Under the pieces are notes generated by a model that did no database searches, was not told the DNA's origin, and saw nothing but the letters and a program-made list of their open reading frames with translations. From Perkinsus chesapeaki ATCC PRA-425 (taxonomy: Eukaryota; Protista; Perkinsozoa): a stretch of DNA of 44,309 nucleotides. The translations under genes were made by a program, and so were the position numbers. The stretch is from positions 1 to 44,309 of the forward strand of contig JAAPAO010000271.1 in NCBI GenBank assembly GCA_013115145.1, in the 5' to 3' direction. Shown piece by piece: positions 20,962 to 33,910 of this stretch (the stretch's first letter is position 1; each line of letters starts with the position of its first letter).

Positions 20962-23449
20962 TTACATAGGAGCTGACACCCTAGTAGCTGGAGTGGTAGT
21001 CTCGGAGGTGGTAGTGTCCTTGGTCCTTGTACGTTGCTTCTGAATCACTAACGTCTTATAATCGCTACTGTGATGATGCTCCTCCATAGCGTCCAGTAGC
21101 CCAATGTCACCTGTTGGCTTAGGCCTGAAATGCTTGGTGATAACAATATAGTACGGTTGTCTGTCGCTACTACCTGGCAGTGTATTTAGCAAGGCCAATG
21201 AAAAGGCCCTTCAATGGCGAGTTGGCCAGTAGCACTCCTGCGCCAGCAGGCATAACCAGTATCCAGAACGGTAGGAAACACAGCACTACACCAGCGGCAA
21301 GCAAACCATAGAAGACCTTCTTGGATAACTCATGCCTGCATAAATTCTACATGCCTTAACGAATTAAAGCTACTATTACTTCCAGAGGATGATGTTCCGA
21401 GCCAGAGCCACACCTTCAACGATGTTCTTGACTGTAGGCTGGAAACCCGCTGCCATCTCCTTAACCCAACCAGGTGACATTCTCGTGAAGGTCTTAATAA
21501 GGCCACCAAACTCTTGTTGATCCACATCATCTGCGAAGGAGGAGTATGCCTAGACTGCAAGATACGTATTATAAGCAGATACTCAAACCAGACAAGTGAA
21601 CCATGAGAGAGTCCTAATAGGATTATCTAGCTTGTGGGCGAACTGCCCACTATTGCAGTAGCGGACTACGTACTATACCACTGGAAACGATATTTCCCTT
21701 AGGTATTATTATTATTACTATCATTATCATTTTCCTCCACCTCCAACAGCACTAACTTCCCTGTCTTATCGAAACCGCTGGTCATCGACTTATTAGCCAT
21801 AAACCTCTCATAGCTGATGACAATGATGATGACAACATCATCCACTACCATACCGACACTTACCCTTTAAGGGTCTTATTGCGTACCATAAAGGCAGCGG
21901 TTATCCAACAGGCAAATGCAGGCCAGTAGGCGGCATAGTAACTAAACGCGGCCAAGTACTTACACTGAGCCAGACCTCAACGACCTTACCTGGCTATCAC
22001 ATAGCCAATAAGGGCACCGAAGGACTTGAACCAATTCTGCCACATAAGGATAGGGAGTAGCTGATTCATTACAATAGGCTCGAGCCATCCAAACCATAGA
22101 ACGTCGGCCAGCCACCTAAAAGACTATAATATTACATTATAATATAATCACTACATTCCTGGCCCGTAAAGAGCATTAATATCAAACTTGGGTTTGGGTT
22201 TCGGTCTTGGTACCATCTCCTCTTGAACGAATGCTATCTTTTCTGACCATGGTGTGAACATTATTTCCATGGCCAGATGCACAGCACCTGCTGGTTCACC
22301 TAAAATAAGGGAACTGAGACGGAGCGACGTGGTTAATACTACCCTCGTGCGTAAGGGGTACCCACCCATCGGTCCTATGACCCGGGGCAAGATGTGTTAG
22401 GTCTATAACAGCTTCACCGATGAGATCATCATCAGATGTGGCATCCCAGTCCCATCTGATAAAGATACATTCAAGGTCGGCTTGCACACCTCTCCTCTAT
22501 TACACTTGGACCTTCATCTTTTGGCATGGCACGTTTACTACTATAGTCGTGCACTCGTGGTTCCATACTGGGGACAGAGTCTTCTTACATGTTGGGGTGC
22601 GGCGAGAGGTCTATTCGGTCAATTCACAGCGGAAATGTGGTATATATTACTTTATCGCTCAAAAGAGTAACCACACAGTAAGGATCAGATCCTGTAGCCT
22701 TGCCTATTATGTTAGTATCAGCTGCCTTCAGACCAGATGCCTCTATAAGAGTAACATTTAATAATGCATACAGTTCCCAGCCGAACTTCACTAATAATAG
22801 AGACATTCAAACACTCCATGACATTATCCTTATTACATGTAGCATCGCTCATATCCAACATGCCTCCACCACTACCGGCATCAAAGGTCCCACCAAATTT
22901 GGCGAATTGCCCGACCTTGCCTAGTCCAGCTCCAGCCATGTGGGCAGCCCCTCCGACAGCGTGGGTGCCGGCACCAACTGCACCGGTTGCTACGGAACCA
23001 ACTGCTCCAGCGGTGCCCTTAACAGCGGTTTTACCAGCATGCCCGACAGCTGAAAAGGTGCCAAGGTTCCGCACTGTGAAGAATTTAAAGATACCTTTAG
23101 CTGCCCCGGTTATTTTCGAGAAAGGCGCACCAATTCCCTTTTTATTTTTATCCGAGCCTGAATCTGTCTTCTCCATCTTGGGGCTAGGTGTCCTTGTGGG
23201 GGAGGATGAATCACCAGTACAACTAACGGCAACGTGGGGGAATCTTTAGGTCGGATTGACCTTACCTTCTGCATTTCTTAGTCCCAATGAACCTTCCACT
23301 GGCTAGACAATCGCTGCATACTGTCTTCCCACAAGGTTTGCAAACATATGACCTATAAGTGTCCGGCACTCCACGCTAGCCCCTCCCGTCTATTACTTAG
23401 CCGTCTCCGCTCCACAGAGCTCACATTTGGTAGATATAGCAACGGTCAT
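20962..23449 (-). CDS. MCTP-like protein: N-terminal 8-Cys zinc finger + Gly/Ala-rich region + C2 domain + PRT_C-like membrane region
   Basis: Spliced start MTVAISTKCELCGAETAKSYVCKPCGKTVCSDCLASGRFIGTKKCRSC. C2 motifs LNVTLIEASGLKAAD..GSDPYCVVTL and WDWDATSDDDLIGEAVIDL..W. C-terminal FQPTVKNIVEGVALARNIILWKHELSKKVFYGLLAAGVVLCFLPFWILV resembles PRT_C. Confidence 0.75.
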
Positions 23450-23668
23450 GAAAGTAAGAGGAATATGAACTATTAGGATCGAATAAACACTCCTACAGCC
23501 GCCCAGAGGCGAAAGAGTAGGCCATCCGTCTACTAGCCTATGTCGCGCTGTCTACAAATAAATCGATTACCAGGGCGCGCGCTAATGACGCTCGTTTTTC
23601 GTAGCCCCGTTGATTGAGGGATCATTGAACCGATTTTGAAATTCTGCCCCTGTCCATTTGACCATTTA

Positions 23669-23740
23669 TGGGATTCAGAATCGATTACAGAACTGATTTT
23701 TACACGTAAATTGCGATGCTAGAATCGATTCTGAATCCCA
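23669..23740. repeat. Perfect 18-bp inverted repeat with 36-nt spacer
   Basis: TGGGATTCAGAATCGATT (23669-23686) and AATCGATTCTGAATCCCA (23723-23740). Confidence 0.85.
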
Positions 23741-24432
23741 GAATTGATTTCATGAACAGGGGGTGAATCCAGCACATGTGGGGGGCTTTATAGTGCTCCA
23801 GAAACTTTCTGCCGATCCGGCATCCAACTGCCAGACCTTTCTGGCGGAAAGGCTCACTCCTTCGTGAGCACCTCCTCAGGCATATATAACGATTGTGTAG
23901 GCCCTTGTATGCTGGCATCAATAGTTGTTATGTCGGAAGGGACATCCTGAAGTAACCTTTAAAATCAGGGCACAATTCTATATAAATTGATGGTATCCTT
24001 CCCACTGGCTCCCTCTTCACCCTCACACTTCAGGTGGCACTGCTTACCTTTATGACTCTTTAGCTTCTCTTGTGTTTGAGTATCCTCAGGTGGTCGCCAT
24101 CATATCTTCCACCGCCTTGGCTGCCGTACGTTGTTTCGATTGAGTTTCCTATTACTAATGTTGATTTGTCTATCGAGTGGTTCATTCCCCTTTCAAGACT
24201 GTGCCATCATCATCCTCTTTTGTGGCCTTTATTTCTGCATGTAAATGATAGTTTCCCATATGTTGCCGGTTGGAGTGCTTTGTTGCGCTAGTCCCTGTGG
24301 GGAGTGAGTGGGTAACAGTAATAATACCACATTTCCGCTTAATCGTGATAGTGTTGTGTGGGTTAAGGCCAATAACAATAAGACGATTACCAGCGTAACA
24401 ACCCATCTTAACTTAGTGAGCGGTTTTGCAGT

Positions 24433-27400
24433 ATGGCGACAACAGCGACGCCGCCATCCCCGCCGACATCTTGGGCGGCGAGTGAGGAGGTAGAATCTGC
24501 ACCACCACCACCACCAGCGCGGCAACCAGAGCAAGGCAAGGAAACGGAGGGACAGCAGCAGAAGACGATGCGATGTGGGGGGATATTGGAGGCGGTGAAG
24601 TTCCTATCGGCAGCGGCACCATTGCCGACAGCCTCATCAGCGTCATCCAGTAGCTCATCAAGCAGCCAACGGAGATCGGCAGTGCAAGGCGGAGGAGGGC
24701 AGCAGCAGCCATTGTTGCGGCTGCTGCCCCAGGATGCCTGTGTGGGTATGATGGAAGCATATGATGCCTGGGCCGCCACCGCAGAGAGGGGTAATGGTGA
24801 GGTTAATGAGGCAATATCGGAGGAGGTAGTTGATGACTTGTTGGACAAGCATATTGAGCTTACGGGGGAGGCAGTCGATGGGTATTGGGAGCAGAGAGAT
24901 AAGGAGCGTGGTGTGCTCAGAACGCATCATCATAGGCCTGCAACACGGAAGAGGCCCACAACCAAGGCGACTACGTCTAGCTCGGCGACTGGGTCTGACA
25001 GTGGGGCGAGGAAAAGACGGAAGGTTAAAAGCGATGATGAAGCCAGTAGTGTAACGGCTACAAGCTCAGTGACAGCAGAGACCCATAGGAGGGGAAGGCA
25101 TTCTATAGCACTTATTGACCACACTTTACCGGAGGAAGAGGAGCAACAGCAGCAGGAGGAGGAGGAGGAGGGAGATGAGCACCATCATCACAAACGAGGT
25201 GGAGGTCGACGGGATGGAAAGGAGCTTGATGGAGCTAAGGTGGTGAAGGTTAAGAAAAAAGCACCATCAGCAGGATTTAAAGTTACAGATGCTTCACAGG
25301 TAGGTGATGATGGCGGCAGGGGAGTGATGTGGGTTATGTAGGTTACTAGGAAGTTTGTGAAGTCGATGAAGTCGGAGTGTTTGACAGTATCGGATAAGCA
25401 GAAGGCATTGAGAGGGGTGTTTATGGGTACATCACCTCAACTAAGAGAAGATGCTATTGCCAAGTAAGAAGAAGAAGATGCCACATTTATACCATACTTC
25501 CTTCAGTTTTGTATCCCATAAAGGCCTGGAGCTCATTGGTAACTGGATGAAGGATGTGAATAAAGATAAGGACCCTGAAGTTGGGCCAATGCTCGTCTAT
25601 CTTGGATGCCTCGACCGTGTGGTGATGACTGTAGATCTCCTAAGGGCGACCGGCATCGGCAAGGTAAAGAGCAGCTGCAGTCGACGATGGTGGTGGTCCT
25701 GCTGTTACTCACTCTTGTTAGGTTGTTACGGCAAGCGTGAAGGCATTCAGTGGGAAGTCGGAGATGGTGGTTACTAATGGTAGACGATTGATCGAGAAAT
25801 GGAAGAAGATTGCCTGTTCGAGTGGCATATCCCCTTCGAGACGCCCGCCGCCCTCATCAGACCATCCCGACCACCACCACGCCCCTCCTCATCCACCCCC
25901 GCCAGCTTCGGATGCAACCTTTAAACCTGTCATTGCGGCCAAGTCTACTGCACCCCCGCTGGAGCAGCAGCAGCACCATCATCCTCACAGTGTGACAACT
26001 CCTGTGGTGGCATCTAAATCCAGCGCTCCTCCTCCTCCTCCACCTCCACTAGTCCCATTACCTAGCATGGGAAGGCAGCAGGCTATGCCAGTAGTTGCAG
26101 CCAAGTCACCCTCCCCTCCAGCACCTCCAACAACAACAACAGCAGCAGTCCCTGTTGCTGCCTGGAAGTAACCCTTCCATTTCGTCATACTGTGTGTTGT
26201 AAGTTCATCAGGTCATCCTCAAGCCCTCCTCCTCCTCCCGGCCGACCACAGGGACCCTCACCACAGCCTCTTACCATCCCCATAGGGAAGGCTGCCACGG
26301 ACAACGCCAACAATATTTCCCCTCGATCAACATCAGATGTCAGAGGGTCCCCTATAGGGTCTCCGCACTTCTCACCACCACCGGCCTCTGCGGAGGGGGA
26401 TAAGACTCCCTCAGAAGCCAAGAAGGATATTGGTGAGTTGCTGGTGTGGTGTAGTCTCGAACACGATGATAATGCTGATGCTGCAGGTGGTGGTGGCACC
26501 CCTAGTGGCACCACATCGAGGAGAGGCTCCACGGACGACCTAGAGGGTCTGATGGATCTCATGAGCCCTGGTGATGATCAAGAAGAGGATGATGACAGTG
26601 GGGAGCAGCATTTAAAGGATTTGACCACCATGCTGCCTGAAGGGGAGGATGAAGATACTTCCTTTGGAGCTGCCCCTACTAATATGGAGGAGGATGATGA
26701 TGATGATGACGAAGCCGATATCATGAGGTGGGCTAATGACAAGGAGGAGGAGGTATCTTACGGTTTCATGTCTCAGACTAATGGACCTTCCTGGCACCAA
26801 CCCTGGTGATTTCGAGGATGATGAGATCATCACCAGCCCCAATGCTGAAGAGGGTGGCGCCTCTCCTGCCAATGCAGATGTTCGTGATGGAGCTGGTGGA
26901 GTAGGAGCCGGCCTTCGTAATAAGCGAAGACTGCAATGGAAGAAAGATGAGGAACTGGTTAATATGGTTGTCTTTGTTAAGAATGAGCCATTGTGGGACA
27001 CAGTGAGGTAGGTGGTGGTTGTTGTTATCTTGGGGCCATTGCCCCTGACTACTACTACTTTAGTGCCATCAATGATGCCAGAGGAACTCACGTTACCTAT
27101 GTCGAGCATGGACATACCACTAAGTTTATGGAACAAAGAAAGAAGGAGGATGCAATGGTGAGTGCTAATCCCTACTACCAGAGGCTTACAGTCCCCAACA
27201 ACAACAACAACAACAACATTTGAACCTGTTTAGGGCGGCACACAGCTGCGGCATCAATACGGTCACTTTGGCGCTGGTGGCGGCGGGGCTCCTCCATCAG
27301 CTACTAACTCCCCGTCCCGAGGGAAACGTTCCATGGCATCAAACCTGTTGGCTGGCCTTGGTGGCCATTCCTCTCCATCCACTTCATCATCTATATTTGA

Positions 27401-29054
27401 AGAGTCTATTTATGCCACGTCGGATACTATAGAGGATGATGTCATTTGGCTGGACCAGCTGCCTATGGTCATCCTGACCAGCGATTGCACTCGAATAATA
27501 GGACAGCTTAAGAGCTACGAACGGCAGGATCTTGCTGACCTGCACGGCGGTCGTTGTGAAGTTTTTTATCCCCCCGAAGCTGGTGTTCGCATACCCGACT
27601 CCCCGGCAGAGCCCAATCCTGGTCGCTCGGTTTTCTTAATGGCACCAGACGCCATGGACAACGAGACCGTGGAGGTTAAATTGAAGATTAAAGATGCTAG
27701 TAAAGGTCGAAAGAAGGCAGCTGCGGCACCACCGCCGTCATCCTCCCCAAGGGTTGACCAGGAGACAGGCGTTGTGTTGCTAGATGAAGGGCCAGAAGTC
27801 CCTACAGGCCCTGGTCGGCTGCTGACCGAGGCATCCCCCCCGAGCAGTGATGAGAGCGCGGCATCTTTAGTTCAAGAACAAGAGCACCAGATACTGGCTG
27901 CATTAATAGCAGCTTCATCGGGGAGAGAGGGGATGATGTCTGAGCATAAGATGGGTAGCCCCGAGTCCCCTGGCGAGGTCCGGTTCGAAAGCGAGTTTGT
28001 GAAGCTGGACTTGGAGCTGCAGGAGGCGATAATTAAGAATGAACAGTTCCTGAAGCTATTCCAGGAGCAGCCGTGGCTAATGACGCATCTCACCAAGGAG
28101 TCATTGGGGCGAATAGGGAAGATGATGGAGTTGTATAGGGTAAAGGCAAGGGAGGAGGCAGATGAGGAGGCCAGGAGGAAACAAAGGGAGCTGGAGGTTC
28201 AAGCACAACAGGCACAGATGGCAGCGGAAATGCAGGCTAGTCTAGGCCACAGTCCATCGCCAACTGATGATAATGGTAGTAGTTCGACGACAGAGCCTAT
28301 AGGAGGGGTACGAGGGGAGAGCTATGAGAAGCGTGGTTGGGGGGTAACGTCCATATTAACCAGTTTAAAGGAGCAGGTTAGAACACATGTTCGAAGTGAA
28401 GTAGCAGCTGCCGCATCCCACAGTGCAGCAGCACCACGAGCAGCAGCAGCGGCAGCCGCTGCAGCAGCGGCAGCTGGGTGGTTTGGTGGGGGTACTGGTG
28501 GCTATGGACGTGGAGGGAAATGGTATGGTGGAAAGGGTGCATCAAGTGCGAGCTCTGGATACTCATCACATGGTGATTGGAAAGGTGCCAATCAGTCTTG
28601 GGTTGGAGGAGGAGGCAAGGAAGGCGGGTACCATACAGGTGACCAGCCTTCAGCTTCGTCTAGCGTCGGCGGTGGCCTACCATATGGTGACCAAGGGGGA
28701 CGGTATACCGAGAGCAGTAGTGGCCTTCCTCGTCCTGCTGGCGCTGCCTCAGCTCCTTCCGCTGGGTCCGCAGTATCATCGTCAGGGTATAATGAAAGGT
28801 ATATGAGCAGTAGTAGCGGCAGCCGGTCGCATGGGTATGCAGGTCGAGGGAAAGGTTCTTATGGTGGTGGTGGAGGAAGCGGGTATAAAGGATATGGTAA
28901 AGGGTGGAGTGGAGGGGGAAACAGTAGCAGTTATCAAGGAGGAGGTTGGGGGACTAAGCGAGGAGGGGGCCAACAGCAGCAGCAATGGGTGCCTAATGAT
29001 AGATCTGCTAATAAACATCCAAGAACGACTGGTTACCCTGGTTCATGGAAATGA
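24433..29054 (+). CDS. PPP1R10: PNUTS-like PP1 nuclear regulatory subunit (TFIIS-N domain, RVxW motif, Gly-rich tail)
   Basis: TFIIS-N/LW domain FVSHKGLELIGNWM..VDLLRATGIGKVV..LIEKWKKI; PP1-docking-like KRRLQWKKDEELVNMVVF; SYERQ..VFYPP..IPDSPAEPNP parallels the PNUTS xPDSPxEPxP block; long Gly/Tyr/Lys-rich C-terminus. Confidence 0.7.
27196..27218. repeat. (AAC)n microsatellite in an intron
   Basis: caacaacaacaacaacaacaaca read directly. Confidence 0.85.
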
Positions 29055-29418
29055 TGATGAAGCTACCATTACCTCAACGTGCTCTACTACTACTACGTGA
29101 ATAGTATCTGCCGTATTCTGTCATTATTCCATTTCTGCCGTGTACCATTGATAAGGACCACCACCACCGCCAACAGCAGCAGCGGCAGCGGCAGCAGGTG
29201 CAGCTTATTTATGATGCGTCCACTACTCCTATTAATACTTGTAATATGTACCAATTGGTCAGCGAGGCCCTTGCCGCCGCCGTCGCCTCCGACTGCTGCT
29301 GCTGCTGCTGTACCAAAGCAACGTAGTTGTATTGTTAAATAAGAATAAGCGAGTTGAGTTTGTCACATTAGTGGAGGAATCTTTACTACGTCCGAATAGC
29401 ACGCTTCGAGCTCAAATC

Positions 29419-32400
29419 ATGGGTAAGAAAGGGGGAGCTCCTAAGAAGTCTAAGAAGCAGCTAGAGGAGGAAGCATTGAAGGCGAAGGAGGACGCGAGAA
29501 AAGGTGACTGCTACCAGTCAATAGTAGCATAGCAGTAGCGATGCTGTGTAGAGGCCGATGCTGCCAAGTTTAAAGAGATGGCAGAAAGGTTGAATGCGGA
29601 CGCAGTGGTGCGGGGGGAAATAGATAAAGAACGGGAGAAGGCAAAGGAGGACGCGGTGAGTTAGTGTGGGGAGGATGAGGGTTCATGGTGGTGATGTTAG
29701 GCGAGACTCGAGATGGAGGCAGAGATGGTCGAGAAGGGAAAGAGTAAACGATGGCGCATCCTGGGCGGAATAAAGCAGACTGCTAAGGATAGGGTGGAAT
29801 GGGAGAGATTCTTATCCTGTACTGGTAGGCCTAATGTTAATAAGGAAGCTGAAATAAATACGTAAGAGATACGTTGATAGGACAAATAGGAATGGATAAG
29901 AGTTAGGTTTGAGGATTGGCTTAATAGTGATGCTGAGGAAGGAAGACAATATAGTATATCACAGTGTAAACCTGGTATAGGTAAAGGAGGATATAATGAA
30001 GGAAGTAACTAGATATCATTATACCATTATAAACATTATTACCCTCTACTAGTCTACCATTATTACCCTCTACTAGTCTACCATTATTACCCTCTACTAG
30101 TCTACCATTATTACCCTCTACTAGTCTACCATTATTACCCTCTACTAGTCTACCATTCTATATAACTATAACTAATACTACGGTACCTATCAGGTTATCC
30201 CTTTACAGTTGCCCCTCTGGGCCCAGCTGCTGCCACCACATCTCTATCAGCCGTACTAGAATCCTTTCCACCCTGTACAATAGAGCGTGCTCTAGCTCTT
30301 GGACATCTCACTGAGTTCACCGTAGATGATTTCAAGAAAGGGTAGGTAAACCTGCTAGGAAACCTTCGAGAAGGGCATGCTGCTGTTCTATACGCTGAGC
30401 TCTTTGAGTTGCCCACCAAATCACTCAAGTACACATATTGGAATGGCCTCGAAACTTTTAAACGTATGTAGGCGGATGCATGCATGCATTTCGCCAACGA
30501 CTGCCTGTGACTGGATAGAAAGGGTCGAAATATCCGCCACCATGCGATCATGTTGCCGATGTGCTTATACGGTACCTCATGGATGTATCAGATACATTAA
30601 AGCAGTGGCTGATGCGGACTTGAGTATGATGTGTTGGTGCCTTAACCATATTCAACGTATCAGAACACTTGGTAGGCTGCGGCGGCGGCGGCTGCTGCTG
30701 GTAGGCAATAGCTCCTCTTAGTCCTTGCCAAGCACTTAGACTACGCTACAGGGCACCTGTTCCAGTTCATAGAGGATGTCGGAGTATCCAATCGTAATGA
30801 AGTCCAAGCTACATGGGGACAGGTGAGGGCTACTACACAGAGATGACCTAGGTTTCTCTCATTAGGCTGGTGATGTTGTCTTTCTGGCCTTTTGGGCATT
30901 CCTACAGAACAGTGGCTTTCGAGCTAAACTCATAGACCTGCCCAAATTCAAGATGGTAAGCTCGTGATGTCTCTAGGTTCTCAGCAAGCTACTTTTATGT
31001 TTCACGTTATCGTTCTCGCCTTCGGACTTATTCCTTTACTCTCAATTCTCTTATTTCTTTCAATGTATTACTACTAGTAATAGTCTTCACCACGTAAGAT
31101 TCATTGCTTGGATGCTTCCTTGGTTCCTCAGACCATCGAGCTCCCTAAGAGTGTTGCGACCCACAACCTTGGTCATTGCCTTGGGGTGAGTATCTTATAT
31201 AAGCGCCGCACTCCATCATTTCCATTATCAGGCTCGTATAGTCTACACACGCTACGACTCCAGCGGGTGCTTTGTTGAGCCTGTGCTGCAGTCAGAGTCC
31301 AGAACCCGTTACGGCTCGACAACAGTGACGGGCGACGAGGATGATGATGATGACCAGAAGCGAAGGCATGACTCCGGTGAGGAAGAGTGGGTCCGCCAGG
31401 ACTGTATGGGACGTCGCCCACACGAACGTGGTTATGGACGCGCGGTGAGCAGCAATTTTGCGGCGCGCGGTCGCAAGTGTCAATGTCAGAGTCTACCGCC
31501 AAGATACGCCGTTGGTGGGGTAGTTCACGTTGACGTAGTGTCCCTTCCTCGCATGCGATATAAACAGCAAGGATGGCTCATCAGAAGCCTACCACCAGAC
31601 ACCGAATCTAATTATATTGTAGCTACATTACAGTAGCTCATACCGCTCTCGCCACTAATTTGTGTCAGAGACTACCCTATCCCGGCGGTGGAGGTATGGG
31701 GAGTAGCAGTCAGATACAACCATGCAGGGTAGAGTATCGCATCCCCAAGGATGTTGTTATTGTAGACAAGCCGCAGGTGAGTGACGACGCTTGCACAACT
31801 TCCGGATTCCTGACAAGTGCTTGTTATGAATGCTACCGTTTGTATGCGTGCAGTCTGCGAGCATGACTATCCGGTTTGGGCCGCACAAAGGTTGATGACG
31901 CCGCTTCGCCAACGTTATCGAGCACGACTTTAACGTGTTCTATAATTGTATTACGTATATCCTTCTTTTTCTGGATGTGTTGGTCTTCGTTGTTGTGCTA
32001 CTGTTGTTGTGGCTTATTCAGATAGCATGGAGGAACCTGCATACCATGTGTTGGTGTGATGACGGTATTGCCGATATACAGTGGGATCCATCAACCCGGA
32101 AGGTTAACTTCTCTGCCAGACTATTGGCACCATTTGCCGCCACCGTTCTACGGTATGAGCATTTCCCCTACATGAACTGGTAAAGAATGCCCTATGGCCA
32201 TATCAGCTGCTGTAGCTTGTGCCCGACAGGAGCATTCACATCCTTCCTCCAGTGAATAAGTCGGTTGATATGGCGTCTGATTCAGTGCTGTCCAGATCAA
32301 TGCTGACGCTTGAGACTGGTACAAATGGTATCATCATTTCCTTCAGCCTTGTCCTCTTCAGCTTTGGGCCTGGAGGTTAAACTGGAGCTCACCTCTGACG

Positions 32401-33730
32401 GCGTGCATCTAGTAGCGCCAGAGTTAACTGAGCTTCATCACCTACGGTTGGATGAAAATAGTGAAGGTAGATACTATGTTACCATTCTATCGATTCTGGT
32501 CTACACTCAATTTCATAATACAGCTCAAAAACTACCTCTCGATCGCCGACTTACTAGTGATAGTTCACGGCAAGGCTTCATATGACCATATTGCCGCTCC
32601 AAGGCTGACAACCGCCGTAATTCCTGAAATATAGCGCACGCGGCATCTGGAGCGTGAGTTAAATAGCTTCACGCCAATAGCTTGGGCTCAACCAGACGAT
32701 ATGTCGAAGCCCTGCCTAAGCTTAGCCTAGACACTTTCCTACTAAATCGTTAATATACTCAACCGGCTAACACTGCTGCCGGTTTAATATTTTCCTATAA
32801 TCGTTGCAGTACCTTAACATCTCGGATACGTTATCTCACCTACCAGGTATCTACTGGCCTCCTGCTGTGCTATTGACGAACCTAAGGGAAGCTGGTATTA
32901 ACCTCATGCCCGTTGATGAAGATGCTCAATGGCTATCTGGCTCAATGTGTGTAGCACCCCCTACAGCAAAAGTGGTGATCCTTGAATAGGTCGCGGAGAG
33001 TGAAGGAGGCCTCACTGGAATTGCAGACCTGCACTGACCTCGCTGAAGCAGTTGTCCTCATGTACACACCGGGCTCCGATTGCGGTGCGCTAGCTCATGT
33101 CAGGCGACATGACTTGGTATTATCGAAGCACAACCGTGAGTGTGGTAGGGAGCGTATAGTTGTGAAAGCCAGAGCCAATCCTAGTGGAGCAGCTGATTTG
33201 GACGATAATGAAGGAGAAGATGATGATGAGAATAAGAAGGCGAAGGAATACAAGTAACGTCGCGTATCACCATCTGTTGCTGCTGTAATGCTAAATACGT
33301 ATTTGACCGCCTCCAACTGAAGGTGCTGTCATATTGTATGCTGCGAATGCTGTGGAGCTGTCCAGAGTGCTCTTCCGCATGTTCACTCAGTTTACCATTC
33401 TTCTTCTTCTTTTTAGAGTTGTTATGGTATGTCCCAATAAATGTGGTGTTATTGAGGACGACGATGCTAAGTAAGATACAACTGTCAACTCTGTTTATAA
33501 CTATTATTAGACGATCATATGACAGCCTTGACAGCTCTAATACTCATTACAGTGTATCAATGGCCCTCGGCAGGACTATGGAAGAGGATGATGATGATGA
33601 TGATTTTGACATTGATAACAGTGTGAGGTAGGAAGCCTACTGTGACTGTGCCCGCAGTGCCCATGTTCTCAGATATATAGACTGTGTAGCGGAGACTATA
33701 CGATTAACTCGCCTACTGTCATTCGCCTGA
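29419..33730 (+). CDS. DNAI7: CASC1/DNAI7 (IC97-like) axonemal inner-arm dynein subunit
   Basis: Charged coiled N-terminus MGKKGGAPKKSKKQLEEE; EWERFLSCTGRPNVNKEAEINT; VGGVVHVDVVSLP; WCDDGIADIQWDP..FPYMNW; AGINLMP; C-terminal YIDCVAETIRLTRLLSFA* at 33730, which extends past the ORF-track stop at 33257 via three further exons. Confidence 0.8.
30035..30157. repeat. Minisatellite, 24 bp x5 perfect copies, intronic
   Basis: Unit ATTATTACCCTCTACTAGTCTACC head-to-tail at 30035, 30059, 30083, 30107 and 30131, inside a CASC1 intron. Confidence 0.95.
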
Positions 33731-33910
33731 TGTTACACGATCATTCATGCAACACTATAACTGCTGATGTCACTGTATTCCTCCACTTGGGTTGTCATGG
33801 CCGTTTTAGTCTGCTCCAAAAATTCCGACTCTGTGAAGTTTTCACACGTGTATAATCGTCGTATTATAGTCCTTGCATTCGGTATCTTTCTTCTCAGTCT
33901 GTTACTTCTC

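Noticed and set aside
23700-23921. TRAPP Bet3-like motif (GCRIGRKFLE)
   Set aside because: The flanking sequence does not follow Bet3/Trs31/Trs33 patterns.
30035-30157. CRISPR-like array (also 44185-44308)
   Set aside because: Units are head-to-tail with no spacers, there are no cas genes, and the context is eukaryotic.
33184-33545. ~120-codon open antisense frame suggesting a hidden minus-strand gene
   Set aside because: It overlaps the 3' part of the plus-strand CASC1 gene, whose further exons (VVMVCPNKC, THYSVSMAL, RLTRLLSFA*) splice in phase to 33730.
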